Below, in pieces: positions 43,201 through 55,224 of a stretch of 64,000 bases of DNA. The position numbers were made by a program, and so were the translations under genes. The first letter of the stretch is position 1. Every line of letters starts with the position of its first letter. The stretch is from the NCBI GenBank assembly GCA_963813715.1, contig CAWFAK010000005.1, forward strand, positions 544,001-608,000, in the 5' to 3' direction. The notes beneath the pieces are model-generated. The model was given only the letters and a program-made list of their open reading frames with translations. It had not been told where the DNA came from and did not search any database. The stretch comes from an uncultured Planctomycetaceae bacterium. Its GTDB lineage: Bacteria; Planctomycetota; Planctomycetia; Planctomycetales; Planctomycetaceae.

Positions 43201-46200
43201 GCGACAGCAACGTTCCCACGATGCGAGCGGCCAACCTCGGCTTCCGGGTCGTCCGGGCCACCCGCGAAATCGCGCCCGTGGAAACCGCTTCCGCCGGGGA
43301 CGTCTTCCTGCCCTTGTTCAACGGACGCGATCTGACCGGCTGGAAGTTCCATCCCAGCCAGCCGGGCAATTGGCGCGTGGAAAACGGCATTCTGATCGGC
43401 TCCGGGACCCAAGAGGGCCAACCCTACGTCTCGGAGAGGAGTCATCTTTATACCGATCGCGGCGACTTCAAGAACTTCCATCTCCGCGTGGAGGCCCGGA
43501 TCAACAACGGCGGCAACAGCGGTCTCTACTTCCGTTCGGGATTTGGACCCACAAGGCCGAGCGACCACCCGAAATTTCCCTCTGGGTACGAGGCCCAGAT
43601 CGACAGCACGGTTGATCCGGCTCGCACCGGCAGCCTCTACGCGGGAGGCAATGTGGTCGTGGGCGTCAGCGATACCCTCGTCCCGCCCGGACAGTGGTTT
43701 ACCGAGGAAGTGATTGCCCAGGGGAATCGGTTCGTCGTTAAGGTGAACGGCCAAACAACCGCCGTGTATCGCGACGAGAAGGAGATTTCCGCCAGCGGAC
43801 ACATTGCCTTGCAGCAAAACAACCCGAAGACGATCGCCGAGTTCCGCAAAATCGAGATCAAGGAGTTGACGGCAGACGGTCTGGCAGAGGCCCCGACAAT
43901 TTCCCCGGACGGCTACGTCTCGCTCTTCAACGGCAAGAACCTGAGCGGCTGGACGAGGGATCCGAGTCACCCCGGCGATTGGCACGTCGAGAACGGCATT
44001 CTCACTGGGGGGCCGGCCGGCGAGGCCAGTTTTCTCCATTCCGACCGTGACAACTACAAGAACTTTCGTCTCCGCGTCGAGGCACGACTCAAGGGGAAGG
44101 AGTCCAGCGAACTCTGGGTTCGCGCTCAGAGTCCTCCGATCGCCGCCCCTGACAAAGTTCCTATGACTGGATACGAGGTCCATCTGGAGGAACCGGCTGA
44201 AACCCGCAAGGTGAGAACGGGGAGTATCTGGGCGGTGACACAAAAGTCAGACGGGGAAAGGAGCGTCAATGGCTTCGGTCGGATGGATCCGATGGTGCAG
44301 CCCGCACGCTGGTTCACGCTTGAAGTGGTTGCCGAGGGAAAGCGCGTGTACGTCCTCGTCAACGGCGAATTGGCCTCCGACACGAACTGGTTAAAGAGGG
44401 ATCAATACGAGAGCGGACGTATTGCGATTCAGCAGGACGTCGGCAAGCCGTCGGTCGAGTTCCGCAAGATCGAGATCAAGGAACTCGCCGACTCGACCAC
44501 TGCGCCTGCCATCTCTCCCAAGGCGGCGGATCATCCTATGGACAAGGATGCGCTCGTCGCCCCGTTCGACGAATCTCAAGCACACGCCGCACAGCAGAAG
44601 TGGTCCGATCGGCTGAAGACTCCGGTCGAGCTGATCAACAAGGCGAATATGCGGATGCGTCTGATCCCGCCCGGGCAATTCGAGATGGGTTCGATCAATG
44701 GCCCAGAATCCACTCAGCCTCGCCACGCGGTGCGGATCACGCGTCCCTTCTACCTGGGAACCTACGAGGTGACGCGGGCACAATTCGCCGCGTTCGTGTC
44801 GGCCACCCACTCCACGGGACACTCCGACTCGTGGAAAACAGGTTGGCGGTTGGACGACGCCGCCAAGCCCATCAAATGGGAGCCACGACGTCGATTCACC
44901 TGGCAGTCGCCCGGCTTCACGCAGGACGGCAGTCATCCGGTGGTCGACGTCTCTTGGGACGACGTGCAGGAATTCTGCACGTGGCTCTCGCGGACCGAGG
45001 GAAAAACCTATCGTCTCCCGACCGAGGCGGAATGGGAGTACGCCTGCCGCGCCGGCACGACCACCGCCTGGTACAACGGCGACACCCTGGCCGACGTCGT
45101 TCAGATCGGCAATTCCGCCGACAAGTCGGCCAAGGCCAAGTTCTCCGTTTGGCGAACCACGAGCGCCTCCGACGGCTTTGTCTATACGAGCCCGGTCGGC
45201 CAGTTCCGGCCCAACAATTTCGGGCTCTATGACACCATCGGCAACGTCCTGGAATGGTGCTCCGACTTCTTTGATTCCAGGTACTACCAAAACTCGCCCG
45301 ACGCCGACCCCACGGGGCCGCGCGGCGGCAAGCGCCACGTCGCTCGCGGGGGAGCGTTCACCTCGATCGGTGAAGCTGCGAGTCGCATAGATTTGGCTAC
45401 CAATCATCGCGCCCCCGACGTCGGCTTTCGCGTGGTCTGCGAGATTGCGGCGGTTCCACCGATCGTTGACTCGGCGCCGACTGCTGCGCCTCCCGCAGCC
45501 GGTCGCGACCGTCAAGCGTGGGTTGGCGCAGAGAGCCGCTTTGACGAGGTCGCTGCCGGCAAATGGCGAGAGACATTTCCGAAGCAGCCGGGGCACGCGA
45601 TCTATTTCTTCGATCAAGTCGCGGAGACACCGGAGTACACCGAGCTGATCGACAAAACCCGGATCAAATCAAAAGGCGGGGTGAGCGTCCGACTCGGCGA
45701 CAATCAGGCCCTCATGCGCTGGGGCGGACCCAGCCAGGAATTCAAGCCGTTGCAGCCGGGACAATGGGTGACAACGGCCGAACACTCGCCGACGGCCGCC
45801 GCGTCACAGACTGTTGACCGGTCCTTCTTTAATGGTCGGGATCTCGACGGCTGGCACGGACTGCCCGGATTCTGGCACGTCAACGATCACGCGCTTGTCG
45901 GCACCGTTCCCGTCGGGCAAAAGGCCCACACTTTTTTGTGCAGCAAGCGAGAATACAAAGACTTCGAGCTGAAGTTCCGCGCTCGACTGCTGGGCGGAGT
46001 CGGCAACAGCGGCGTGCAGTTCCGCTCAACGTTTCGGGACCCGAAGACATTTTGGCTGGTTGGCCCGCAGTGCGAGATTTGTGCCCAGGACCGAAATCGC
46101 AAATATCCGACCGGAAGTCTCGTGACCGAGCCCACAGGTGAACCCTCAGTGGCTCCGGCTGCCGCGGACGTCGACCGTATTTTCAAGCTGGCCGACTTCA

Positions 46201-46406
46201 ACGATTTCGAGATCCGCTGCGTCGGCAAACATGTGCGAATCAAGGTCAATGGCCTGACGACAGTTGACGCCGACTTCCCGTCGATGCCGGACGAGGGGCT
46301 GATCGGTTGGCAGATGCATGGGAAAGACCCACCACGCGAGGTGACGTTTAAAGACATTGAGTTCACGGATTTGAGCCCGCGGCCCGCACGGTCGGGCGGC
46401 CTCTAA
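40247..46406 (+). CDS. ~2050-aa membrane Ser/Thr kinase with 2 FGE-sulfatase (SUMF1) and 3 DUF1080-like domains; frameshift near 40610
   Basis: HRDLKPAN, DFGLAR, GTPAYMSPEQ; TM; RLPTEAEWEYACRAG twice; LFNG.dL.GW-type starts three times. Confidence 0.93.
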
Positions 46407-46553
46407 ACGGCCCCAAATCGCCCCTCGGATTCTTCGCGATCTGCCAAGAATTCGGAAAAAGGTCGCGCCGGCGTCTAGAAACCGGGCTTAGTCTTCTGGA
46501 CTCGCCGGAAACGAAGTCGTCGGAGCCGATCCCGCTCGGGTAAGTGAAGCGCT

Positions 46554-47875
46554 ATGAACTACTTTGCCAACATCATCAGCGGCCCCAACGCGGGCCAGCG
46601 GCGCGAGCTGACAAATCACGCCATTCTCGTCATTGGGCGCGGAGACGACTGCGACCTGCGGCTCTCCGACCCGAGCGTCTCGCGGATTCACGCGCGGATC
46701 ACGCTCGTCGACGGGCACGTCTACCTCGAAGACGCGGGCAGCCGCTGGGGCACGCTCGTCAACAACAAGCCGACCGAGAGCCGCGAGCTGTTTCCCGGCG
46801 ACTGCGTGGCCATCGGCGACACGCAGCTCCGCCTGGAGCTCGAGTCGCCGCTGGTGACAACGATCTCTCCCATCCACAAGCGTATCCTGCGGACGCTCTC
46901 CGGTCGTGCGCGAGGCCGCCGCAACGGCGCCAAAAAGGCCCCATCGCCCGAGCGCGACGACGATCCCGAGTCCACCCTCAACCAGCCCCGCCGAGTGGTG
47001 GCGAGAAAACCGCTCGATGTCGCTTCGCTGGTCGGCAAGAAGTTTCTCCGCTATCGGGTCGAGTCGATCATTGCGCGGCCGCGGAGCGGCATCATCTTTC
47101 ACGCCCGCGATCCGAAGTACGATCGGCCCATCGCCCTCAAGATCTTTCGACACGACTTCTTCCACGACCGCCAGGGATCCGCGCGGTTCCTGCGGGCCAT
47201 GCGGACCACCATCGCGCTTGAGCACGAAAACCTGGTCCGCGTCTACGGGGCCGGACGGACGCAGGGCCTGTGCTTCATCGCCAGCGAATTCGTCGACGGC
47301 GAGAGTGTTTCGCAAATGATCCGCCGCATCGGCGTGGCCGGCATGCTCGATTGGCGCAATGCCCTGCACGTCGCCCAGGGAGTGGCCGAGGCGCTGGAAG
47401 TCGCCCACGAGCTCAACATCTTGCATCGCAATATCAGCCCCAGCAACATCCTCGTCCGCAAGAGCGACCGCTGCGTCAAGCTGGGCGACTTGATGCTGGC
47501 CAAGGCACTCGACGACTCGGGCAACGAGAAGATCACCCGCTCGGGCGAAGTCATCGGCGACCTGCGTTACCTCAGTCCCGAGCAGCTCTCCGGCGAGCAG
47601 CCGCTGGACCCGCGGGCCGACATCTACAGCCTGGGCGCCGCGCTCTACGCCATCCTCACGGGCCGGCCGCCCTTCGAGGGAGGCACCGCGGCCGAAGTCA
47701 TCCGCCGCATCGTGACTGGTTCTCCCGAGCCACCGACGAAGGTCCACTTGGCCGTGCCGTCGCAGCTCGAAGGCCTCGTTCTTCGGATGCTCGCCAAGCG
47801 TCCGGAAGACCGCCCCGAAAGCGCCCGCGCCTGCGCCAGGAACTGGAACGCATCTCCCGCTACTGTGGCTTGTGA
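46554..47875 (+). CDS. FHA domain plus atypical (probably catalytically impaired) Ser/Thr kinase domain; frameshift near 47830
   Basis: IGRG...SVSRIHA...GSRWGT (FHA); IALK; HRNISPSN; KLGDLMLAK; YLSPEQ. Confidence 0.88.
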
Positions 47876-48100
47876 TGCTTCTGTGGCCTGCCGTCTTCTG
47901 CCGCTCGCTGCCCTTTTCTCTCGAGGCGGACGAAGCGCCGAGGTGACGGTGGCTCGCTGGGCCGACCGCCCCGGGGAGTTCAAATCGTCTCTCCGACCTG
48001 TTACCGTGCGAGGGTCGACGCGCTTCGACCCGCGTTCGTGTCGATTCAGGTTCGTCAGTCGTCGGCCACGCTGAGCTCCGGGAAAGGTCGCGCCGCAATC

Positions 48101-49900
48101 GTGCTGAAGCGTCTCCGCGCGGAAAGAGTGGAAGTTCTTCGCCGTGCTCCCGCGGGCGAACCGGCCGCTGGCCGCCGTCTGGTGGCTGATCGTCGTGCTG
48201 CGGGGCGTGCTGCCGGCTGTCTTTGCCATCGCGATGGGCATGCTCGTGGCGGCCGTCGAGCACGGCAATTCCTCTGGCGGCCGCGCTGACCTTCGTCGGC
48301 GCGATCTTCATTTTGCTGCAGGTTCTCACGCCCATTCATCAGGCTGTCGGCGCCAACCTGGGCGATCGCACGGCGGCCTGGCTCTACGATCGGCTGACCG
48401 ACGCCTGCGTCCGGCCGCCCGGCATGGGCCACCTGGAAGATCCCGAATTGACCAGCGACCTGACCGTCGCCCGCGACTTCGATCTGGGGATGACGGGACC
48501 GCCGCTCTTCATCTCGATGGACTTCATCGCCAGTGGTCTGGTCGAAATGATCGGCGGCGTGGCGTCGGCCGTGGTGTTGGCGGCCTACGCCTGGTGGGCG
48601 CCCTGGTGCTCGCCGGAGCGTGGCTGGCAACGCACTACCTCTTGCGGGAAAGCGCCGTTCTGGCGCGACCGCAACACCACCGAAGTTCGCAGCGCCCAGC
48701 GCGACGCCGACTACGCCTATCGGCTGGCCGTCGATCCGCCTGCCAGCAAAGAGCTGCGGCTCTTCGGCCTGGCGTCGTGGACGATCGATCGCTTCGTCAA
48801 CCGCCGCACGCGGCTCTATCAGCTGCAATACCAGGCGACGCGTCTCCGCGAGCGGTCCGTGTTGTGGAGCATGCTCTTGGTGGTCGGCGCGAACGTGATC
48901 GTCTTCTGGGCGCTCGCCGCCTCGGCCGTGAACGGTCACCTCGATCTGGGTCGCCTGGTGATGTTCGCCCAAAGCGCGATCGGCGTCTCGATGATCGCCT
49001 TCGGTGGCCTCAACTGGGCTCTGGACGGGGCCGCCTCGCCGGTGGACGCCGTCCTGCGGTTGGAGCCGGCGATGGAACCGGCCGGCCACCTCCCTTCGGG
49101 CACCACGCTCGCCAATGGCCGGCCTGCCCGCGAAATCCGCTTCCGCAACCTCACTTTTGGCTATCCCGGCTCGCGCAACGTTCTGGAAGGCTTCGACCTG
49201 ACCATTCCTGCCGGCACGTCGCTGGCCATCGTCGGACAGAACGGCGCCGGCAAGACGACGCTGGCCAAGCTCCTCTGCCGCTTGTACGACCCGCTCGACG
49301 GGGCGATCGAAGTCGACGGCATCGATATCCGCACCTTCGATCTGACCTCGTGGCGATCGCGACTGACGGCCGTGTTCCAGGATTTCACGCGATTCGAGCT
49401 GCCATTGCGCGATAACGTCGCACCAGCGGGCGCTCCCGATGTGGCGATTATCTCCGCGCTCGAAGCGGCCGGCGCGGCCAATCTCGCGACGCTCGATACG
49501 ATCCTTGCCCGCGGATACGAAGGAGGAACCGAGCTGTCGGGCGGGCAATGGCAGCGTGTCGCACTGGCTCGCGCACTGTGTGCCGTGACGTTGGGAGCGG
49601 GCGTCGTGCTGCTCGATGAGCCGACGGCCCAGCTCGACGTCCGAGGGCGAAGCAGAAATCTTCGATCGCCTGTTGTCGGCCAGCCGTCATTGCACGACGA
49701 TCCTCATTTCGCATCGCTTCTCCACCGTCCGCCATGCCGATCGCATCTGCGTGCTCGAGCACGGAAAGGTTGTCGAGCTTGGAACGCACGACGAGCTGAT
49801 GGCATTGGGCGGGCGCTATCACACGATGTTCGACCTGCAGGCCCAGCGGTTCACCGCCACCGAGGACGAGGAAGGAAAAACGTATGACCTCCTCGCCTAG
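48101..49900 (+). CDS. ABC transporter TMD+NBD half-transporter; frameshifted
   Basis: GQNGAGKTT, LSGGQWQR, LLDEPT, ISHRFSTVR. Confidence 0.92.
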
Positions 49901-51776
49901 TGCCGGTCGCAAGGTCGCGCCCTTAGCGTCCCCGGTGCCCGACAAGCTGCCCCCCGCGCTGTCCTCGATGTGGCGGCTGTGCAAGCTGGGCTATCAGCAC
50001 GAGCCGCGCTTGTTGCTGGCCTCCTTCCTGCTCGCCCTCCTGTCCGCCCTGCCCGACGCGCTTCTGGCACTTTGGCTCAAGCTGCTGGGCGAAGGCCTGC
50101 TCGAGCACCGACCTGAACTCGTCTACACGGCCGCCGCGCTGCTCGGACTGTCGGCGGCGGCCACCTGGTTTCTCCGCACGGTGAGCACCCGCGTGCAGCG
50201 AGGCTTTCGCGACAAGGTCACCATCGCGCTGGAATCGCACGTCGCCCGGCTGCAGGCCACCGTGGCGACCATCGCACACCAGGAGCGGCCCGACTACCTC
50301 GACCGGCTCTCCGTGCTGCGCAACCAGGTCTTCGTGCTCGACCACATGTATATGTCGCTCTTTTCGACGTGCGGCTGGATCCTGCGATTGGCCGTCACGG
50401 TCGGCCTGTTGATGTCGATTCACCCGGCGCTGGCCCTGTTGGCTCTGTTTGCCGTGCCGACTGTTCTCACGTCGACGTGGCGGCCGGCCGTCGAACGGGC
50501 CGCCCAGGAACGCGGCGCTCCCTTCAGCCGCCTTGCGCGGCACCTCTTCAACATGGCCACGACGGCGACGCCCGGCAAAGAGGTCCGGCTGACGGGCATC
50601 GGACCGCGGTTGGCCACCGATCGTCGCCAGGCCTGGGAGCGCGGGAACGACCCGATCGCGGCCGCCCGCTGGGGAACGGCCGCGTGGCACACGGTGGCCT
50701 GGGCCATCTTTGGCGGCGCCTACGTCGGCGCGGTCGTCTTTGTGTCGACGTCCCTCAAGGGGTCGCCCGGCGACGTGCTGCTCGTGCTGGCGGCCGGCTC
50801 GCGTCTCTCCGCGTATATCGGCGCGACCGTCGGCGAGATCGGTTTCCTTCGCGGCATCTGGATGGACGGCTCGCGCCGCTTGGCCTGGCTCGAGGACTAC
50901 GCCGCTGCAATCGTCGCATCGGCCGATCTGCCCGTCCCCGCGCGACTCACGCGCGGTATTCGTTTCGAACATGTCTCGTTCGCTTACCCCGGCACCGAGC
51001 GGCTGGTGCTCGACGACGTGAATCTCGAATTGCCGGCCGGCAGAGTGATCGCCATCGTTGGCGAGAACGGGGCCGGGAAGACGACCCTCGTCAAACTGTT
51101 GGGAAAGCTGTACGAACCCAATGAGGGCCGCATCCTGGTTGACGAAGTCGATTTGTCCCGCATGCCCGCCGATCAGTGGCGCACGCGACTCGCCGGAGCG
51201 TTCCAAGACTTCTTCCGTTTCGAGTTCCTCGCCCGACAGTCAGTCGGTGTCGGCGATATCGGGCGAATCGACGACGGACCGGCCGTCACAACGGCCGTCA
51301 CCCGCGCCGGAGCCGATGCCGTCGTCGCCGGCCTGAAAGCCGGGCTGCAGACTCAGCTCGGACCGACCTGGCCTGAAGGCGTCGAAGTCTCCTTCGGCCA
51401 GTGGCAAAAACTCGCCCTTGCCCGCGGCTTCATGCGCGATAGCCCGCTCGTCCTCGTCCTCGACGAGCCGACCTCCGCCCTCGATGCCGAAAGCGAGCAC
51501 GAGCTCTTCGAGCGCTACGCCGCCGCCGCCCGTGGCGACCGAATTGCCAGTATTCAACCCGGCAGTGACGGCGCCTCGGCCAACGGCGGCCCGCTCGGCA
51601 GCAACGGCCGCATCACGATCCTCGTCTCTCACCGCTTTTCCACGGTCCGCATGGCCGACCTGATTGTCGTGCTGGACGGCGCCCGCGTCGCCGAAGTCGG
51701 CACGCACGACGAACTCATGTCCCGTGGCGGCACGTACGCCCAGCTGTACGGCATCCAGGCCGCCGCTTACCGTTGA
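49884..51776 (+). CDS. ABC transporter TMD+NBD half-transporter (partner subunit)
   Basis: GENGAGKTT, degenerate signature VSFGQWQK, VLDEPT, VSHRFSTVR. Confidence 0.94.
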   Translation: MTSSPSAGRKVAPLASPVPDKLPPALSSMWRLCKLGYQHEPRLLLASFLLALLSALPDALLALWLKLLGEGLLEHRPELVYTAAALLGLSAAATWFLRTVSTRVQRGFRDKVTIALESHVARLQATVATIAHQERPDYLDRLSVLRNQVFVLDHMYMSLFSTCGWILRLAVTVGLLMSIHPALALLALFAVPTVLTSTWRPAVERAAQERGAPFSRLARHLFNMATTATPGKEVRLTGIGPRLATDRRQAWERGNDPIAAARWGTAAWHTVAWAIFGGAYVGAVVFVSTSLKGSPGDVLLVLAAGSRLSAYIGATVGEIGFLRGIWMDGSRRLAWLEDYAAAIVASADLPVPARLTRGIRFEHVSFAYPGTERLVLDDVNLELPAGRVIAIVGENGAGKTTLVKLLGKLYEPNEGRILVDEVDLSRMPADQWRTRLAGAFQDFFRFEFLARQSVGVGDIGRIDDGPAVTTAVTRAGADAVVAGLKAGLQTQLGPTWPEGVEVSFGQWQKLALARGFMRDSPLVLVLDEPTSALDAESEHELFERYAAAARGDRIASIQPGSDGASANGGPLGSNGRITILVSHRFSTVRMADLIVVLDGARVAEVGTHDELMSRGGTYAQLYGIQAAAYR

Positions 51777-51817
51777 GCCGGGGACTCGCCAACTCCATCA
51801 CGCCGGAAAGGGATTTC

Positions 51818-52552
51818 ATGCACGGTTCGGTCGCCCTGATCCTGGTCACTTCGCTCGTCTGCCAAACCGCCGACCTGCCCCCCTTCCTCAAAGAGCACGG
51901 CCGAGTACTGACCTACTACTACAAGTCACCCAGTCCCGAGCTGGGACCGCAACTGCTCAAGGACCTGCTCGCCAAGGAAAACATCGAGGATCCCTGGTTC
52001 CGAGAGCACGAGCACGTCCTGCACCTGGTCAGCGCTCAATTAGGCGACATGGCGATCGGCAAACCCAGAATCATTCGCAAATACGAGGCTCAATTTGCTA
52101 ACGCATCGCGCCCCGGACGTTTCGTCATCCTCCGCGCTCTCGAAAACTGCGGCGACGCCGCGACGCTCAAGCAAATCAACGCCTGGCTGGCCGACCCCCA
52201 ATACGAAGACCTCCGCCCCCGCCTCGAAACCCTCAAGCAGCAGCTCAGCGATCCGGTCTCCAAGCACGTGCGCAATCGGCCCGCCCAGACGCCGGACGAT
52301 CTCGACTTCCTCTGGGCCAACTTCTTCATCACGGGCGACTACGCCCCCGCCTCGCGAGTGCTCGACGTGCTCGAGCTTCCCGAAACCAAAGCCAACGCCG
52401 TCTTGAAGGGAGCGGCCGCGTGGTCGATGCGCTCGAACCTGCATCAACATCCCAAGCTCGCCGAACTCGTGAAGAAACACGCCAAAGAGCGCTCGCCCGA
52501 AAGCCAAAAGCAAATCACCGAACTGCTGAAGCCCTCGGACCCCTCCGACTAG
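51818..52552 (+). CDS. Exported alpha-helical hypothetical protein
   Basis: Signal-like N-terminus; LDFLWANFFITGD...AAAWSMRSN. Confidence 0.75.
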   Translation: MHGSVALILVTSLVCQTADLPPFLKEHGRVLTYYYKSPSPELGPQLLKDLLAKENIEDPWFREHEHVLHLVSAQLGDMAIGKPRIIRKYEAQFANASRPGRFVILRALENCGDAATLKQINAWLADPQYEDLRPRLETLKQQLSDPVSKHVRNRPAQTPDDLDFLWANFFITGDYAPASRVLDVLELPETKANAVLKGAAAWSMRSNLHQHPKLAELVKKHAKERSPESQKQITELLKPSDPSD

Positions 52553-52559
52553 AGGGGCA

Positions 52560-52578
52560 GCAGGGGCAATGCCCCTGC
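52560..52578. repeat. Perfect GC hairpin just after a stop codon (REP-like or terminator)
   Basis: gcaggggc-aat-gcccctgc. Confidence 0.5.
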
Positions 52579-53282
52579 ACCCGGTGCGGGTCGCGCGGAT
52601 TAACGTGGGACGCCGGCTGCCGCGGCATGCCTGCTGTCGCGCTGGCCGGCTCGCGAGGCGTCGATTGCGACAGCCCGCAGTCGATCCGACAACATCGCCA
52701 CGCTCTAAGTCCGTGGACGTCGCTGCACGGCGACCGCCTGATCGCAGTAATCCCGCTGGCGACGAAAGAACGTGCGCGCGCTCGATTTTCGCGCCGGGAC
52801 AACGTGCCCCCTTATATCAAAACACGGAGTCCCGTCACGCCGGGGATGAAAGTCTCGTTATCTGTGGAAGCCCCGTGCGATACCCGGTCTCCCTCCGCTC
52901 GTCTGGCTTTGCGAAGATTTCGCGAGTCAGCCTGCAGTGGTCGCATCAGATTGCCACAAGTCCGCTGGGACATGCTTTGATTCATAACCGATGCCGAGTT
53001 TGCCAGGACCCAACTCCATTCAGTCATAAAATCCCAATCCATCCAAGATCAGTTTTCTCGAGAGTGACCGCCCGTGGATAGCGGTCTTCGACCTTGGACT
53101 TTGGAGCTCAAACCCGACTTTCTCAGATGCGCTCAGCGGGATTTCGAACTGGGGACCGCTCACCACTTTGTCTTGCAAAGTGAGTTGGTCCGCCGTAAAC
53201 TGCGGTCACCTCATTTGGAAATACGTTCGCGGGCCCTGACCTCAGGACCCAATGCTTAGCCCAGTTAGAAGAGATTCATTGC

Positions 53283-53723
53283 ATGAAACCCGCCCGACCC
53301 GCCCTGTCGACGTGGCAAACGGTTCTGGTCGCTGGGCTCGTGGCTGGCGCAGTCATCACCTACGTGGACAACTTCGCGTTCGAGGGCGAGGTCAGCCCCA
53401 TTGTCATCATTGCGCTGCTGCTGTCCTCGTCGGCGCTGGCGGTGGGCGTGTGGGGGCGGAGGGGGTGGATTGCTGCGGGCATCATTTGGGCGTGCGTTCC
53501 CTTGGCTCACGTCGTGAAGCACGTTCTGGGCTTGCCTGACACCTTGCACCCGAACACCTACACTTCGATCCTGTTTCTGGCCCTGTTCACGCTCGTGGTC
53601 GCAACGATCGGTGCGGGTTGTGGGGCTCTTGTCCGCCGACTCGCCACCGGCCCGCGCTCCGGGGGAGAAGTGCCTGAGAGCCACGTGGCCGCGAAGGGCA
53701 GTTCGGGCCAGCGCTCAACGTGA
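53283..53723 (+). CDS. Four-TM hypothetical membrane protein
   Basis: Four hydrophobic helices; DN..FEGEVSPIV and LPDTLHPNTY loops. Confidence 0.75.
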   Translation: MKPARPALSTWQTVLVAGLVAGAVITYVDNFAFEGEVSPIVIIALLLSSSALAVGVWGRRGWIAAGIIWACVPLAHVVKHVLGLPDTLHPNTYTSILFLALFTLVVATIGAGCGALVRRLATGPRSGGEVPESHVAAKGSSGQRST

Positions 53724-53916
53724 CTGCCGCCCGATGCGATTCAGCCCGTCGACCGCTCCACTGGCGGGCACGCAAGAAGCTCACCCTCTAACTCAATGGT
53801 GGCCCTCGATGCTTTTCAGGGGGCGAAAATCACTCGCTTCTGACCCAATTCCTGCGCTTTTGGGGCGATTGGATCTCTGTATTGTGCAGATCCATTTTTA
53901 CCCAAGGAGTGCTGGC

Positions 53917-54972
53917 ATGTCGGACATCAAATTTGATCAGACCCTTAGCCTTATTGCCGTGGTCGACCCCATTGGAAACGGCCTATGTGATAGCGAGATC
54001 GCTCGTATTGCCAGTTCGTTCAAGGAAAACATGAGACGTGTCGTGCGCCTTCTTGAGTTGTCGCCTGTGTTGGCGGGATGGGTCGGCGCGTTTGTGGCAT
54101 GCGACGCGCGAGCCGATTTCGAAGCATTTGGCGTACCCATTCGGAGTCCGGATTCCAAGGTTCTTGATCCTGAGCGTACTGAGCGTGCGGACACGATTAG
54201 GAGGGAGCGCTTTGCGCGCGAGTTTCCAGACTTCAAGAAAGACAGATCGGAGACGCCGCAGGTCATCTTGGACCGGGGAATGGAATACATAATCCAGTTG
54301 CGCAACGTTGTTCCACAAATAGTGGCCGGACTAGACGTCGTGCTTGCGTCGTCGATTACGGGATCATGGACCGCTTTCGAGGTGTTGGCTGGCGATCTGT
54401 GGGTCGCGGCGGTGAACGCTCATCCGCACACGCTATCCGTGATGAAGGGAAAGTTGGTGAATTGGGAAATTCCAAAGGCTGCTCGCGGCACTGAAGACAC
54501 GAATCGCGAATCGGGCAACAAAAAGGGCGGAGAAACAGGCCCCCAGATCTCGGTTAAGTGGCTTGAGTTTCACAACTACAACGTTTCCCAAAAGATGGGA
54601 ACTCTACTCAGGCAGCGTAAAACAGCAGATTTTCAGACCGTTTGGGACATTCGCGAAGCATACGCGAGAGCATTCGAAAGCGACTATTCCGCTATCCGCA
54701 ACAGTCTGGCTGATGAATCGCTCGACCACCTGTCGGCTCTTCGCAATGTTCTGGTTCACAAAGCGGGAAAGGCCGACGACAAGTTCGTTGAAGACATCGC
54801 AGGCTGTGAACACTTTGCTTCGATCTCAGAACGCGATCCGGTCATCCTAGACGGTGAGATCGTCGCTGATTTGGTTTGGTCGGTCGTCAATCAAGCAAGC
54901 TCGCTTCTGTCGGCCGTGGATGCGTGGCTGGCTAGAAATCCCAACAAATCGAATGTCAAGCAACAGCAATAA
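53917..54972 (+). CDS. Hypothetical protein with a HEPN-like RNxxxH motif
   Basis: AAGGAG RBS; WTAFEVLAGDLW helix; LRNVLVHKAG; visibly lower GC. Confidence 0.7.
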   Translation: MSDIKFDQTLSLIAVVDPIGNGLCDSEIARIASSFKENMRRVVRLLELSPVLAGWVGAFVACDARADFEAFGVPIRSPDSKVLDPERTERADTIRRERFAREFPDFKKDRSETPQVILDRGMEYIIQLRNVVPQIVAGLDVVLASSITGSWTAFEVLAGDLWVAAVNAHPHTLSVMKGKLVNWEIPKAARGTEDTNRESGNKKGGETGPQISVKWLEFHNYNVSQKMGTLLRQRKTADFQTVWDIREAYARAFESDYSAIRNSLADESLDHLSALRNVLVHKAGKADDKFVEDIAGCEHFASISERDPVILDGEIVADLVWSVVNQASSLLSAVDAWLARNPNKSNVKQQQ

Positions 54973-55224
54973 TCTCGACACTCAAGAACTTGAGATGCCG
55001 TGCAAGACTTGGAGGGGAGAGGGCGGACATTACACGGAGCATCCTCGCTACTATTCCGTCGTTCATCGGTCTAAGTCGAGTTGCGTGGCTTCTTCTATTT
55101 GTAGCACGCTCGGCCATTGCACAGCTGGTGTTATTACTTAAATAGCGGCTGGGTGTTCTTGCCAGTATGATGCCTATCCATTCGTGTGACCGCGTTCAGT
55201 TAGCAACAAAGACGGGCTTCGACG

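Noticed and set aside
42450..45450. Diversity-generating retroelement targeting the FGE-sulfatase domains
   Set aside because: The two domain ends differ at all base types rather than only adenines; no template repeat or reverse transcriptase seen
52812..53259. Small ORFs 52812-53042 and 53074-53259
   Set aside because: No recognisable motifs or convincing translation signals; could be remnants but cannot be supported
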